64,000 bases of DNA. Source: an uncultured Methanoregulaceae archaeon. Its GTDB lineage: Archaea; Halobacteriota; Methanomicrobia; Methanomicrobiales; Methanospirillaceae. Position numbers and translations under genes: made by a program. The stretch spans positions 704,001 through 768,000 of the forward strand of contig OY970343.1 of the NCBI GenBank assembly GCA_963717525.1, read 5' to 3'. Positions within the stretch are counted from its first letter, which is position 1; each line of letters starts with the position of its first letter. Below, piece after piece: positions 20,896 through 31,841 of this stretch. The notes beneath the pieces were generated by a model. It was not told the origin of the DNA and made no database searches. It saw only the letters and a list, made by a program, of their open reading frames with translations.

Positions 20896-21865
20896 AGTGG
20901 TCGCGGATATACAGGATATCGCCAATAATGGCGCTCGCCGTCTCGATCGATCCCGCACCCTTGCCGATCAGCGTGATCTCTTTTGCCATATCGGTCTCGA
21001 GGGTAAGTGCATTTAAGGTCCCTTCGACCACGAGCGGGTGATTCTTCTCGATGAGACGCGGCGAGACCCGAAGGATCTTTTTCCTCGGTATTGCCTCGGC
21101 GATCAACCGGATGGTACAATCTCCCTCCTCCGCAAGACGCAATGCATCCGGGGTGAGCAGGTCGATACCGGTCAAATCAATATCGGCAAGTTTTGTCCCG
21201 TCTCCCCAGATGGTGTTTGCGAGGATCACGAGTTTAATTGCAGCATCGATCCCCTTCACATCGTAGGTTGGATCCGCCTCAGCATACCCCATCTCCCGCG
21301 CCTCCATGAGCGCCTGCTCGTAGGTAAGCCCTTCATCTGCCATCCGTGTCAGGATATAGTTGCAGGTCCCGTTTAGGACACCGTAGATCGCGATGATCTC
21401 GTTCCCACCCAGGCCGTCTTCGAGCATGTGCATGATGGGGATAGCCCCGCCGACTGTGGCCTCGTACCGGAGTGCCACACCCTTCTTTTTTGCAAGCGCC
21501 GCCAGCTCACGGTATGCAAGGGCGATCGGGCCTTTGTTGGAGGTAACGATATGCTTTTTTCGTGCAAGGGCAGCGCGAATATACCCGAGCGCCGGTTCAC
21601 CGGTGAGTGCGTTTGTCGGTGTCACCTCGATAAGGACATCGAAGTCCGCTTTTTTGATCACGTCCATCGCAGCAATTGCCCGGTCACCACAGATACCGTT
21701 CGTGCGTTTGGTTTCGAGTACCTCCATGATGTCGATACCCTCGTTACAGATATATCCGCTCTTTGAGTCTGCAATCCCCGTGATCGTGATGCCGGGATTT
21801 TTTTTCGCGATCATCTCCGTGACACCTCGTCCCACGGAACCGAGCCCGATCAGTGCCGCCTTCAT
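20879..21865 (-). CDS. hom: Homoserine dehydrogenase
   Basis: GLGSVG, VTSNKGP, YEATVGGAIP, LNGTCNYILT, GYAEADPTYDV and GKGAG. Confidence 0.95.
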   Translation of the reverse strand: MKAALIGLGSVGRGVTEMIAKKNPGITITGIADSKSGYICNEGIDIMEVLETKRTNGICGDRAIAAMDVIKKADFDVLIEVTPTNALTGEPALGYIRAALARKKHIVTSNKGPIALAYRELAALAKKKGVALRYEATVGGAIPIMHMLEDGLGGNEIIAIYGVLNGTCNYILTRMADEGLTYEQALMEAREMGYAEADPTYDVKGIDAAIKLVILANTIWGDGTKLADIDLTGIDLLTPDALRLAEEGDCTIRLIAEAIPRKKILRVSPRLIEKNHPLVVEGTLNALTLETDMAKEITLIGKGAGSIETASAIIGDILYIRDHYGKRA

Positions 21866-22365
21866 GCGATCTCCTCCAGCGGCTCGATCAGAAGAAGCGA
21901 CTTCTGCACTGCGACCCGGCGCAGGATGGCGATCGCTGCGTCCATATCAGCCCGGTTGGTCGCCTTGATCATGACCCGGGATGTCGAACGTTCGTTTATG
22001 GCCGGGATGCTCATCGAGATCTCGCAGACCTCCGCAAACCCCGTGGAATCGATCTGGTCGACTGTGTCGGAAAGGTCTGTATGCATGAGGTGGCCGATCA
22101 GGATAACCGTCCGCTTGTAGAGCAGGCGCTCTTTTCCTATCCTCTGGATATGGACACCCTGCTCCTTTAAGAGAGTCACCAGAGTGTCGAGACGACCTTC
22201 AGGAAGCGCAAGCACAATCTGGACGTTTAACATGCGCTGGCTGGATTCCGGATCACGGTGGTGGATGACCGCAATGATGTTTCCCCCCACGTCAGAGATC
22301 GGTTTGAGGGCTGCAACCAGTTGTCCGGGGGAATCCTTCATCTCAAGTTTCATCGAGACCTGCAA
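21862..22365 (-). CDS. ACT-domain amino acid-binding protein (putative allosteric regulator of homoserine dehydrogenase)
   Basis: LEMKDSPGQLVAALKPISDVGGNIIAVIH. Overlaps hom by 4 bp. Confidence 0.85.
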   Translation of the reverse strand: MQVSMKLEMKDSPGQLVAALKPISDVGGNIIAVIHHRDPESSQRMLNVQIVLALPEGRLDTLVTLLKEQGVHIQRIGKERLLYKRTVILIGHLMHTDLSDTVDQIDSTGFAEVCEISMSIPAINERSTSRVMIKATNRADMDAAIAILRRVAVQKSLLLIEPLEEIA

Positions 22366-22443
22366 CTTTTACCACCTTGTCAACAAGAATAGAGCCGCCC
22401 ATAAAGAAAAGCTTGTTCTTTTCTTGTGCACGGACGGGTTCGT

Positions 22444-23256
22444 CTAGAGCTTCCGGAGCTTGTTATCCACTTTTTCAAAGAAATTCCGGTGCGCGTCGAC
22501 GAACAGGGCCGGTTGTGCCGCTTGCTTTACGACAAGAGAGGCCGAGCCCCCCAGCTCCACGGTCTTTTGCCCGTCAATGACGAGCCTTGCAGGCTTTGAG
22601 CTCTCCAGCCGGATCTCAAGCCTGCGGTTGCTGCTGATAAGATGGGGGCGGGACGAGAGGAGGTAGGGAGCGAGCGGAACAAGGAGGAAACCCTGGATCC
22701 GGGGATCGACAATCGGCCCTCCGGCACTCATGGCATATGCGGTCGAACCGGTAGGTGTGCTCACAAGCAAACCGTCAGATCGGAACTGTTCAGTGACCAC
22801 TCCGTCAATTAAGATCGAGAACCTCAGCATCTTTGCCGGCCGGGTCGTGACGATGAGCGCCTCGTTCAGTGCATCACCGAGAGGCTTGTTATCCCGCAGG
22901 AGGGAAAGCCGCATTCGTTCTTCAACGGCAAATCCCGGGGCGAGCGATCGTACAAAATCCCCGGCCTCACCGGATTCGAGATCCGCAAGAAATCCCACCT
23001 CTCCGTGGTTGATCCCGATGATAGGTATCTGGTCGTGCAACTGCTGCACAGTGCGCAGGATCGTGCCATCCCCACCAATCACGACTGCGATTTCCGCGTT
23101 TGCCTGGCCACAGGGAAGTCCGGCCCCACCTAGGCGGGAGGCGGTATCCGTCTCAAGGATAACCGTATGCCCATTCTGCTCCAGTGCAGTCTTCATCTGT
23201 CGGGCACAGTCAAGGGCTTCGGGCAGGTCGATACGGGAAACAAGAAGGCATTTCAT
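22444..23256 (-). CDS. nadK: NAD(+) kinase
   Basis: GGDGTIL, VGFL, ALNE and [21 protein letters not shown]. Confidence 0.95.
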   Translation of the reverse strand: MKCLLVSRIDLPEALDCARQMKTALEQNGHTVILETDTASRLGGAGLPCGQANAEIAVVIGGDGTILRTVQQLHDQIPIIGINHGEVGFLADLESGEAGDFVRSLAPGFAVEERMRLSLLRDNKPLGDALNEALIVTTRPAKMLRFSILIDGVVTEQFRSDGLLVSTPTGSTAYAMSAGGPIVDPRIQGFLLVPLAPYLLSSRPHLISSNRRLEIRLESSKPARLVIDGQKTVELGGSASLVVKQAAQPALFVDAHRNFFEKVDNKLRKL

Positions 23257-23262
23257 GGGTTA

Positions 23263-24039
23263 TCACCGCAGGTACTCGATCACCTTGTGGTGCAGCACAC
23301 TGTTTGTAGCAATAATGCACCGTCCAACTGTCACTTCTTCGGGAAAGTTAAGGGGTTCGCCGTTCAGGTCGGACACGGTTCCGCCGGCTTCTGTGCAGAT
23401 GAGCATTCCGGCTGCAGCATCGGTCACCCGGAGGGTACTTCTGAGATCCACGAACCCATCGATCCTCCCGGCACCCACATAGCAGAGTTCGAGCGCGGAA
23501 GCGCCAAGAAGCCGCCACCGCCGGATCTTGTGGCCGAGCTGCATCATCCGGGTCGGATCGAATTTCCGGCCGTAGATGCTCATCGCGCACTTGTCCAGCC
23601 GGACTGTTGTGGAGACACGGATCGGCTTCCCGTTGCACCGGGCAAATTTGCCCCGTACTGCGGTGAATGTTTCTCCCGTGGCCAGGTCCTGGACAAATGC
23701 CTCCTGGACGACCCCCTCATGTGCCCATGCGAGGGAGAGGGCATAGAACGGGATGCCGGTTACCGCGTTGTACGTTCCGTCCACCGGGTCGAGGAATATG
23801 GTTCCCTTCCCGCCATCCATCGATACCCTCCCTGCCTCCTCGCTGACAAGAACCGAGCAGAGATCGTGTTCCCGGAGATAACCGATCACGCAGTCTTCTG
23901 CGACCTGGTCGATCTTTTCGGTCGGCGTGTGGTCGGCACCCATCCGGATAACCTCTCCACCGGCCGGTGATCCCACCAGCGGCCTGATGTTTTCCCGTAC
24001 CAGGGCAGCCATCTCATCGCAGGCAGAAAGGAAATTCAT
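23263..24039 (-). CDS. suhB: Inositol monophosphatase/FBPase family protein
   Basis: SEE, LDPVDGTYN, RLLGASALELCYVGAG and DAAAG. Confidence 0.9.
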   Translation of the reverse strand: MNFLSACDEMAALVRENIRPLVGSPAGGEVIRMGADHTPTEKIDQVAEDCVIGYLREHDLCSVLVSEEAGRVSMDGGKGTIFLDPVDGTYNAVTGIPFYALSLAWAHEGVVQEAFVQDLATGETFTAVRGKFARCNGKPIRVSTTVRLDKCAMSIYGRKFDPTRMMQLGHKIRRWRLLGASALELCYVGAGRIDGFVDLRSTLRVTDAAAGMLICTEAGGTVSDLNGEPLNFPEEVTVGRCIIATNSVLHHKVIEYLR

Positions 24040-24146
24040 GGGAATAAAAACCTCTAAATGCGGTCAACGTTGTATTTATGTACCGCAATAAAGATAAATT
24101 ACTTCTGCGCTTAAGATATGGATACGTTTTAGGTTGTGAAACAAAA

Positions 24147-24524
24147 ATGAAGGAACAGACAGAAATCGGAAAGATAAAAGAAGGACGTTATATCGTTGTG
24201 GATGACGAGCCGTGCAAGGTGGTCGGTCTTGCTACCTCAAAACCCGGGAAACACGGAGCTGCAAAGGCACGGATTGATGCGGTCGGCATATTCGATGGCG
24301 TGAAGCGATCTATCGTCCAGCCGGTATCGGCAAAGACATATGTCCCGGTCGTCGAGCGCAAGAGCGGGCAGGTCATCTCCATTGCCGGGGACATGGCGCA
24401 GCTTATGGACATGAAGGATTATTCCAACTTTGAAATTGCCATCCCTGCGGACAAGAAGGGCCAGCTTGAGGTGGGAAAGGAGATCATGTATATCGAATCT
24501 ATGGGGAAGAGGAAACTCGACTGA
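24147..24524 (+). CDS. eif5a: Translation factor aIF5A
   Basis: Hypusine motif SKPGKHGAAKAR. ATG at 24147. Confidence 0.96.
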   Translation: MKEQTEIGKIKEGRYIVVDDEPCKVVGLATSKPGKHGAAKARIDAVGIFDGVKRSIVQPVSAKTYVPVVERKSGQVISIAGDMAQLMDMKDYSNFEIAIPADKKGQLEVGKEIMYIESMGKRKLD

Positions 24525-24717
24525 TCGTATCAGACAGTTGCCTATAGTTTTTTTAATTGCAAGATAGTATCCGGTTTTTTCTCAGAAAATTTTGAGCCGG
24601 AAATATGATTCGTTCCCCGATTACTTTTGATTGGTCTTTTTCAGTGTAGACTGACTGGCATTTAACATCCTTTTTTCTAGTTAATCTGTATTCGCTTATT
24701 CTGTCATTCTTCTGAGG

Positions 24718-25551
24718 TCAGTATTGCCCGATGTAACGGGTGGGGATAAGAATTTTGATCGTATAGGAACCGATATTCTGTGAATTGATGATGAAGTAAT
24801 ACCCTCTCCCTCCTTCGTAGAATTTTTCAAGCCACGGGCGGGGATCTGTGGAGGAAGGTGTCGGGGTTGGCATTATCGTGGCATATTTGGGTGTGGTGGT
24901 TATGGTTACAGCCGGAGTCGCGTAGGCAATACCTCCCCAAAGATTGAAATCAATTCCCCCGGGTGGTGAGACGGTTCTCACAATTCTGTTGGGATCTGTT
25001 GCATCCATGACCTGGATTGAAAACTGCGGTTGTAACGTCGAATATGATCCCTGAATTCCGCTGACAGAAGCACCGGTTCCATAGGTCGGGGTAATTGCAA
25101 ACGATGCTACAGCAGCAGGTTCGGGCGCTGGCTGGATAGTATAGGATAATTCCCAGTACGGAAACGGTATGTTTACAACCTGGGTGGTTCCGCTGTAATC
25201 TCCCGATATGGTTGCATAGACGGTTCTTCGGTTATCCGGCTGGGTTGCATTGATGTGGGTACCCTGAGGCAGGGATTGGTTGGCAGAGATCTGGTAGGTT
25301 CCGGGATTAACAAAACCGATAGTCTGGACCTTCTGGTTCCATGTCGGTACCGGAGTAGGGTGGGTTGTGGAGGGGATCGCAGTAATGGCTGGGTATACCA
25401 CAAGAGGTGTAAGAGTTACTGAAGGAACTGGTGTTGCAAAAGAAAGGCCGATATTAACCGGCTGTCCCGTGGCCATTGGTTTGATAACGAATGCGATAAC
25501 GAGTATGATACAGAACGCCGCTATGATGTAGGTGATATCTTTCTTATCCAT
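24718..25551 (-). CDS. Membrane-anchored Pro/Thr-rich hypothetical protein, divergent from the archaellum operon
   Basis: Single N-terminal TM, PT linkers and a beta-rich domain (IPFPYWELSY, DPRPWLEKFYEG). Confidence 0.7.
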   Translation of the reverse strand: MDKKDITYIIAAFCIILVIAFVIKPMATGQPVNIGLSFATPVPSVTLTPLVVYPAITAIPSTTHPTPVPTWNQKVQTIGFVNPGTYQISANQSLPQGTHINATQPDNRRTVYATISGDYSGTTQVVNIPFPYWELSYTIQPAPEPAAVASFAITPTYGTGASVSGIQGSYSTLQPQFSIQVMDATDPNRIVRTVSPPGGIDFNLWGGIAYATPAVTITTTPKYATIMPTPTPSSTDPRPWLEKFYEGGRGYYFIINSQNIGSYTIKILIPTRYIGQY

Positions 25552-25733
25552 GTTTACTATATTCTCCTATGGGAGTGTTCATACATAAAAAGTGGTGACG
25601 CTCTTGCCCGGCCCTTCTTTGCATCGGATATCCGGAATAAGTAAATCTCCATATATGCTCCTTTCAATTCCAGCATGTGCGCATAAAAATTTAAAAAAAA
25701 ATGCTCAATGGGTTTTTGCGTTTTGCCAAAGAT

Positions 25734-25792
25734 ATTTATAGAATAAACACATTTTAACAAAGTAGAGACGCTGGTACCGACTAGTGTCTACT
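25734..25792 (+). promoter_or_regulatory. Putative TATA box and 5'-leader hairpin upstream of the first archaellin gene
   Basis: TTTATA about 75 bp upstream of the ATG. Imperfect inverted repeat AGTAGAGACGCTGG-TACCGA-CTAGTGTCTACT at 25761-25792. GGTGA RBS before the ATG. Confidence 0.5.
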
Positions 25793-25812
25793 AAATTCAC
25801 GAAGGTGAATTC

Positions 25813-26395
25813 ATGAGTTCGCGTAAACATAACGATGAAGGGTTCACCGGCCTCGAGGCAGCGATTGTGCTCATCGCATTCGTTGTCGTAGCGGCGGTGT
25901 TCTCATACGTGGTGCTTGGCGCCGGGTTCTTCACGACGCAGAAGGCACAGCAGACTGTACACACTGGTGTGAGCCAGGCAACATCTGCAGTGGAACCATC
26001 AGGGCCGGTTAGTATACACAGTGCTGATGGAAGTACGCATTGATAATATTACCTTCTACCTCCAGCTTGCCGCGGGAGGTTCCCCGGTGGACATGAGCAA
26101 AGTAACATATACGGTTTCCACGTCTCAAAACGTACAAACCTTTACCAACGCTAGCGTTCTTTACTCGTGGGTTCAGCAAAACCAGCCGATAGATCCGAAT
26201 CAGGGGCTCCATGCCGGATTGCTCAATCCCCGTGAAATGGTTCTTGTATCGGTTGATCCAGGATTCACTGCAGCACAACTCGGTGTCAACTCCCCATTTG
26301 TTGTTCAGGTGAACCCGCCAATCGGTGCAGCGCTCCCGATTGCAAGGACGGTTCCTGCAGGACTGACGCCAAACCAATGGTATGAGGTATACTAA
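25813..26395 (+). CDS. flaB: Archaellin, frameshift near 26038
   Basis: GFTGLEAAIVLIAFVVVAAVFSY class III signal and N-terminal helix. Continues in another frame as IDNITFYLQLAAGGSPVDM...GAALPIARTVP. Confidence 0.9.
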
Positions 26396-26410
26396 AGGAG
26401 GGTGAAAAAA

Positions 26411-27022
26411 ATGAGAAACCTTTACTCACAGGATGCATTCACCGGACTTGAAGCAGCGATTGTCCTCATCGCATTTGTCGTCGTTGCTGCAGTATTCTCG
26501 TACGTGGTGCTCGGCGCCGGGTTCTTCACATCCCAGACTGCGCAGTCAACCGTTCACACGGGAGTGGCACAGGCCAGTTCAAGTCTGCAGGAGGTTGGGA
26601 ATACCTATGCGATTGCAGATACGTCTATGAAATACATTGACTATGTGAATGTAACTGTCGCACTCACTGCAGGTGGCACACCCATCGATCTCTCTAGCAT
26701 GGTGGTATCCTATACCGATAATAACGGAGGCCACAATGCAAACATGACCTATGGGGGCATAGGGACTGATAATGGAGTTTCAGCCTGTCCGGACAATACG
26801 GGCGACCGCCCAACTACCTGGTGCATTGGAGAGAAAATCAATAACATAACAACGGGTGCCATGCTCGATAACAATGCACAGATGATTCTCATGGTAGGTG
26901 TGCCTTCATCAGCGACGCCTAACACAGTCTTCTCGATTAATTTCCAGCCCTCTGTCGGAGCAGTCCTCCCCATCCAGAGGACGATCCCCGGTGGCCTGAC
27001 CGCAGTCCAGCCAGTCTACTAA
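26411..27022 (+). CDS. flaB: Archaellin, second copy
   Basis: AFTGLEAAIVLIAFVVVAAVFSY, LTAGGTPIDL and GAVLPIQRTIP. Confidence 0.93.
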   Translation: MRNLYSQDAFTGLEAAIVLIAFVVVAAVFSYVVLGAGFFTSQTAQSTVHTGVAQASSSLQEVGNTYAIADTSMKYIDYVNVTVALTAGGTPIDLSSMVVSYTDNNGGHNANMTYGGIGTDNGVSACPDNTGDRPTTWCIGEKINNITTGAMLDNNAQMILMVGVPSSATPNTVFSINFQPSVGAVLPIQRTIPGGLTAVQPVY

Positions 27023-27303
27023 ATCCTTTTTTTATTGAATTCGCCGCCAACCCTCATATCCCGATTCACGCACCTTCACTGCAGACGCGGATACTTACGA
27101 TAAAATCCCCGTCACTGAAAAGGTATCTCAACAAGTCTGGTTTGCCCTGAATGGATCTGTATCGTTAAGGTATTCTCTCTCCCATCTCCGTAAGTTGAGC
27201 AGAAAAACCAATTCCTGAACCCAAAAACAGGAAAATATGCATTCCATTCCTCCATTCCCGGAACAAAGTATATTAATAAAAAACAGGATAATAACTAAAT
27301 ATT

Positions 27304-28205
27304 ATGGCGGTAAATCAGGCTCAGGTCGACCATATCATCACCGCGGCTTCTGAGGATGATCCCGAGGTCAAGCTCCAGAACCTCGAACGGGAAGTTGACC
27401 TGATTAAAACCTCCATCAAGCGCCTTTTAATGGATATCAGGGAACGGATGAACGAGATGGAGAACCCTTTTACCCTTGCAACCACATCTGGAGGAACTGC
27501 CACCGGGGGTGTGACGGATTCTGCAAATGCAGCAAAAAAAGCAGCACTGGATGCAAAGGAGGCGGAGCTCGAAGCACGGGAATCTTCGCTTGATGCCGCA
27601 AAAGCCAAACAGGAGAATATGGACCGTGAAGCGACCGTTAAAAAAGCCGAGCCGGAAACAAAACCCGTGACCGTTCAATCGCCTGCGAACGAGGAGAAAC
27701 ATCTGCCGGATGAAGAGATGATCAGTCTGTTAAAGACCCAGCTACCGGCAATGGCCATAGGGGCAGTCCCAACGCACTTGCAACCGAAAAACTCCGTCTC
27801 CAGAAGGTGTACAAACTGTTCAAGTGGACGAACGCGGCCATTCGTAAGTTCGGGCACGACCGTCTTGACATCATCCTCGAGTCGTACCGCATCATGGGGT
27901 ATATCTCGCGGGAGTCCTGTGACGAGATCAAGGAAATCTCCCGCCTAATGCCCGCAAACCTTGGGGACGAACACGAGGTCGGACCGGATGAGTTTGTATC
28001 AGAACTATACGCACTCAACCGGATCCTCTCTCCCAGCGATTCCTCCCTTGACCGGGACATGATCGAGGTTATGATGGAACAGCGGCAGCAGATTCTTCCG
28101 GTAAAAGAAAGATCCGGGGCTCCAGAATTACCGGCAAAAGAACGGGAACCTTCACGGAATGTTAGGAAGGATGAAGAGTGGATGAACCTCCCGGACAGGA
28201 TCTAA
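27304..28205 (+). CDS. ArlCDE/FlaD-E family archaellum accessory protein, frameshift near 27786
   Basis: Coiled-coil N-terminus (IKRLLMDIRERMNEMENPF), then KWT...FGHDRLDIILESYRIMGYIS typical of the FlaD/E C-domain. Lies between flaB and flaG. Confidence 0.75.
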
Positions 28206-28208
28206 CCA

Positions 28209-28715
28209 ATGTCCGCCGATACATTCACCACAGCCCTGTTCCTGATCACTGCAGTGATAGCAGCGGGAGTACTTATCAGTGCAATATTTCCGGTTTTCTA
28301 CCAGATGGCAGGTACTTTCACTTCTGCCGGTCATGCGGCAGACCAGCAGCTCCGGACCAATATCCAGATTATCTTGCCTTTTGCAAATGAAAGCGGGTAT
28401 GCCCGTGTCTGGATGAAAAATACCGGAAGTACACAAATAGCGCTCTCTGATATTGCACGCTCTGATGTAATCTGCGGGGATGCAGGGAATTTTAACCGGC
28501 TGAGTTTATCATCAACAGGTACTTTAAGCAATGGGCAATGGACTTATACACTGGCCGATCTGAACAATAACAACTACTGGGACCCCGGAGAAACGCTGGA
28601 GATCGATGCATATACCACAACTATACAGCCGACAGATCAGGTCTATTTCCAGTTTGTCCTGCCAAGCGGCGTCTCGACTTCGGACCAGTTTACGGTGACT
28701 GTTCCTCCCTCATAG
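28209..28715 (+). CDS. flaG: Archaellum protein FlaG (ArlG)
   Basis: N-terminal TM, WMKNTGS, WDPGETLEI; gene order. Confidence 0.8.
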   Translation: MSADTFTTALFLITAVIAAGVLISAIFPVFYQMAGTFTSAGHAADQQLRTNIQIILPFANESGYARVWMKNTGSTQIALSDIARSDVICGDAGNFNRLSLSSTGTLSNGQWTYTLADLNNNNYWDPGETLEIDAYTTTIQPTDQVYFQFVLPSGVSTSDQFTVTVPPS

Positions 28716-28726
28716 GGTGACCTTGG

Positions 28727-29227
28727 ATGGCGGTTGGAGATCTCATCGGGGCTGCAGTAGGGGTAATATTGCTTGTGATTGTCGCATATCTTCTGGTAGG
28801 GAGTGTTATCTCCACGGCTCTGGTTGTTTCAAATGCCCAGAAATCTGCAACACTTCTGGAAGAAAACCAGTTGAAAACAGATTTTACAATAGTCCAGACA
28901 GGGTTAGAACAAGATTCACAATATTCGACAATCGATATTAACTGCACCATTACCAATACCGGAAACGAGGTCATCTCTGATTTTACCCACATGGACATTA
29001 TTGTCTACGATACGGGAACCAATGACTTCCAGCTGTATACCTATTCCTCTGCCTTGGGCGCCCCCGGCACCTGGACGATCGTTGACAAGGGTTCTGATGT
29101 TATCCATTCATCAGAACTGGATCCCGGGAACACGTATAGGATCCTTGTACGGACAACGGGCACATCTCCCGCCTGGTTCCAGATCACCACGGGAAATGGG
29201 GTATACGCGTCGGCATCTCTCTCGTGA
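28727..29227 (+). CDS. flaF: Archaellum protein FlaF (ArlF)
   Basis: N-terminal TM, ITNTGNE, LDPG and ITTGNGV; gene order. Confidence 0.75.
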   Translation: MAVGDLIGAAVGVILLVIVAYLLVGSVISTALVVSNAQKSATLLEENQLKTDFTIVQTGLEQDSQYSTIDINCTITNTGNEVISDFTHMDIIVYDTGTNDFQLYTYSSALGAPGTWTIVDKGSDVIHSSELDPGNTYRILVRTTGTSPAWFQITTGNGVYASASLS

Positions 29228-29238
29228 GGAAAGAAAAT

Positions 29239-29973
29239 ATGGCAGTTGAACTTTCCGATCTGATGGGTGGCGAGGACCGGCAGATCATATCCACCGGCAA
29301 CAACGAACTGGACAAGAAGATAGCCGATGGCCTTCCGGTGGGATCCCTGACCCTCATTGAAGGGGAGAACGATACCGGCAAGAGTGTCCTTACCCAGCAG
29401 ATTGTCTGGGGCGCCATGAAACAGGGTATGTCTGTTGACTTGTTTTCCACGGAGAACACGAGCAAGAGCTTCATCAAACAGATGGAATCGATGAGCCTTG
29501 ATATCTCCGATTATTTTGCATGGGGATATCTCAAGGTCTTTCCTCTCCATGTGGTGGGTTTTGAATGGAAAAAAGAGGAGATGGAAGGGATCCTGATGCG
29601 GCTGATTACCTATATCAAAAACAGCCCGGCACAGGTTGCCATCGTTGATTCGCTAACGCTTTTCACCGAATACGCAGAGACGGATACCATCCTGACTTTC
29701 TTTACCAACTGCAAATCCCTTGTGGATCATGGCAAGACAATCCTTGTCACGCTTCATACCTATGCATTCGAAGAGGACACCCTTGTACGGATTCGTTCCA
29801 TCTGCGATGCACACCTTAATATGAAAAAGGCTCTTGTCGGGGACAAGTATGTTATGGTCATGGAAGTAGTCAAGGTTCGCGGTGCACGAAAAACGACCGG
29901 AAACCTTGTCAGCTTTGAGGTGCATCCGGGATATGGAATGAAGGTCATCCCGATGAGTTTTGCGAGGATCTGA
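29239..29973 (+). CDS. flaH: Archaellum KaiC-like ATPase FlaH (ArlH)
   Basis: STGNNELDKK, Walker A GENDTGKS, VDSLT and FEVHPGYG. Confidence 0.93.
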   Translation: MAVELSDLMGGEDRQIISTGNNELDKKIADGLPVGSLTLIEGENDTGKSVLTQQIVWGAMKQGMSVDLFSTENTSKSFIKQMESMSLDISDYFAWGYLKVFPLHVVGFEWKKEEMEGILMRLITYIKNSPAQVAIVDSLTLFTEYAETDTILTFFTNCKSLVDHGKTILVTLHTYAFEEDTLVRIRSICDAHLNMKKALVGDKYVMVMEVVKVRGARKTTGNLVSFEVHPGYGMKVIPMSFARI

Positions 29974-29974
29974 T

Positions 29975-31840
29975 ATGGGCTCTCTTTCTGTTGCCGTCAA
30001 CCTGCCGTTCAAACCCGAACCGGTTGATACCGATGTCGATCTCTACGCGGACCTCGAATCGGACGCGCTCTTCAAGATGCTGCCGGCAAATGCCAAAGAA
30101 TACGTACAGAATAGTCCCCACCTCCTCGAATACCTCCATACTTTCCCGGTAAATACCTATGGCATCCCGCTCTTTTTGTCGGAATTAAAAAAGGATGTCC
30201 GTTCCATGAAGAACCCGAACATCATCTACCCGGTCAACGATACAACATTTATCCATATCCTGCCGGACCCGGATGACGTCAGGAACTTCTACATACCCAT
30301 TGAACCCTCCTTCCTACATAGTGTCAGCGAGATCCTGCCTGCCATCGAGACCAAGCTTATCGACCTGATTGACGGCCTCGACACGGATCCGACCACGGAC
30401 AAGGAAAGGACGGACGTCATAAAAAAGATGCTCGCCTCGGTGGCAGTAATAAAATCTCCCGGCATGGACATCGCAAGCCTCACCCGCACAGAAAAAGATC
30501 AGAGTGCGGTTTCCAAACTGACCAAATTTCTCAACACGGATTTTACTGCACAGAATAAGATGAAATCCAATAAAAAGAGCAGGAATCTTCCCACAACACC
30601 GGATGGCAAGATCATTCTCACCAATTACGAGTACCAGGCAATAGAATATCTTCTTGTACGGGATAAGATCGATATGGGGGTCTTAAAACCGTTCCTCTCC
30701 GATCCATATATCGAAGATATTTCCTGCGACGGTGTCGGTCCGATCTTCATCGAGCATAAGATCTTCAAGGGGCTCAAATCGGTTATCGAGTTCAAGGTAT
30801 CGAGCGAACTGGATGAGTTCGTGGTCAAGGTGGCGGAACGGATAAAACGGCCGATCACGTACCGGAGCCCAATCGTTGATTCAACCCTCCCGGACGGTTC
30901 CCGTATTAACATCGTCTATGGGACCGAGATCAGCAAGCATGGCAGCAATTTTTCCATCCGTAAGGTAAATGAAGTGCCGCTTTCCATTCTCAACATCGTT
31001 GAGAGCAATGGCATCGATTACCTGGCTGCGGCATATCTTTGGATCTGTGTTGAATATGGCATGTCGCTGTTTGTAAGTGGTGAAACGGCAAGCGGTAAGA
31101 CCACGCTCCTTAATGCTATCACCACGTTCATTCCCCCGGAGAACAAGATCGTTACCATCGAGGATACCCCCGAGCTCAACGTGCCGCACCGGAACTGGAT
31201 CCGCGAGGTTGCTCTCGCTAAAGGCAAGGGTGAAGGATCCGGCGGTGGCGGGGAGGTTACCATGTTCGATCTCCTTAAGGCTGCCCTGCGTCAGCGCCCC
31301 AACCAGATCCTCGTCGGTGAGATTCGTGGGGTCGAGGGGAGCGTCGCATTTGGTGCGATGCAGACCGGTCACCCGGTGATGAGTACCTTCCACGCGGCAT
31401 CCGTGGAGAAACTGATCCAGCGTCTCTGCGGGGATCCTATCAATATCCCCAAGACCTACGTGGATAACCTCAATTTAGTTATCATCCAGAGTGCAGTCAA
31501 ACGGCCAGATGGGCAGGTTGTGCGCAGGATGATCAGCTGCAATGAACTGGTAGGATATAATGCCGAGACTGGCGGGTTCACTTTTGTCCAGATGTTTACC
31601 TGGGAACCGGTTTCCGACACGTTTGTCTGGACCGGGAAAGGCAGCTCGTTCCTTCTCGAAAACAAGATCGCTACCATGCTTGGTATACCGGACAGCAGGA
31701 AGGCGGAGATCTACCTTGAAGTGGAAAAACGCGCAAAAATTCTTGAACGCCTGCATAAAGCCGGTTACGTGAAGTTCTGGGATCTCTTCCACATGATGAC
31801 CAAGATCAAGAAACAGGGTCTCCTTACCATCGGTTCGTAA
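29975..31840 (+). CDS. flaI: Archaellum motor ATPase FlaI (ArlI)
   Basis: DPYIEDISC, GETASGKTT, TIEDTPE, ALRQRP, GEIRG and MQTGHPVMSTFHA. Confidence 0.95.
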   Translation: MGSLSVAVNLPFKPEPVDTDVDLYADLESDALFKMLPANAKEYVQNSPHLLEYLHTFPVNTYGIPLFLSELKKDVRSMKNPNIIYPVNDTTFIHILPDPDDVRNFYIPIEPSFLHSVSEILPAIETKLIDLIDGLDTDPTTDKERTDVIKKMLASVAVIKSPGMDIASLTRTEKDQSAVSKLTKFLNTDFTAQNKMKSNKKSRNLPTTPDGKIILTNYEYQAIEYLLVRDKIDMGVLKPFLSDPYIEDISCDGVGPIFIEHKIFKGLKSVIEFKVSSELDEFVVKVAERIKRPITYRSPIVDSTLPDGSRINIVYGTEISKHGSNFSIRKVNEVPLSILNIVESNGIDYLAAAYLWICVEYGMSLFVSGETASGKTTLLNAITTFIPPENKIVTIEDTPELNVPHRNWIREVALAKGKGEGSGGGGEVTMFDLLKAALRQRPNQILVGEIRGVEGSVAFGAMQTGHPVMSTFHAASVEKLIQRLCGDPINIPKTYVDNLNLVIIQSAVKRPDGQVVRRMISCNELVGYNAETGGFTFVQMFTWEPVSDTFVWTGKGSSFLLENKIATMLGIPDSRKAEIYLEVEKRAKILERLHKAGYVKFWDLFHMMTKIKKQGLLTIGS

Positions 31841-31841
31841 T

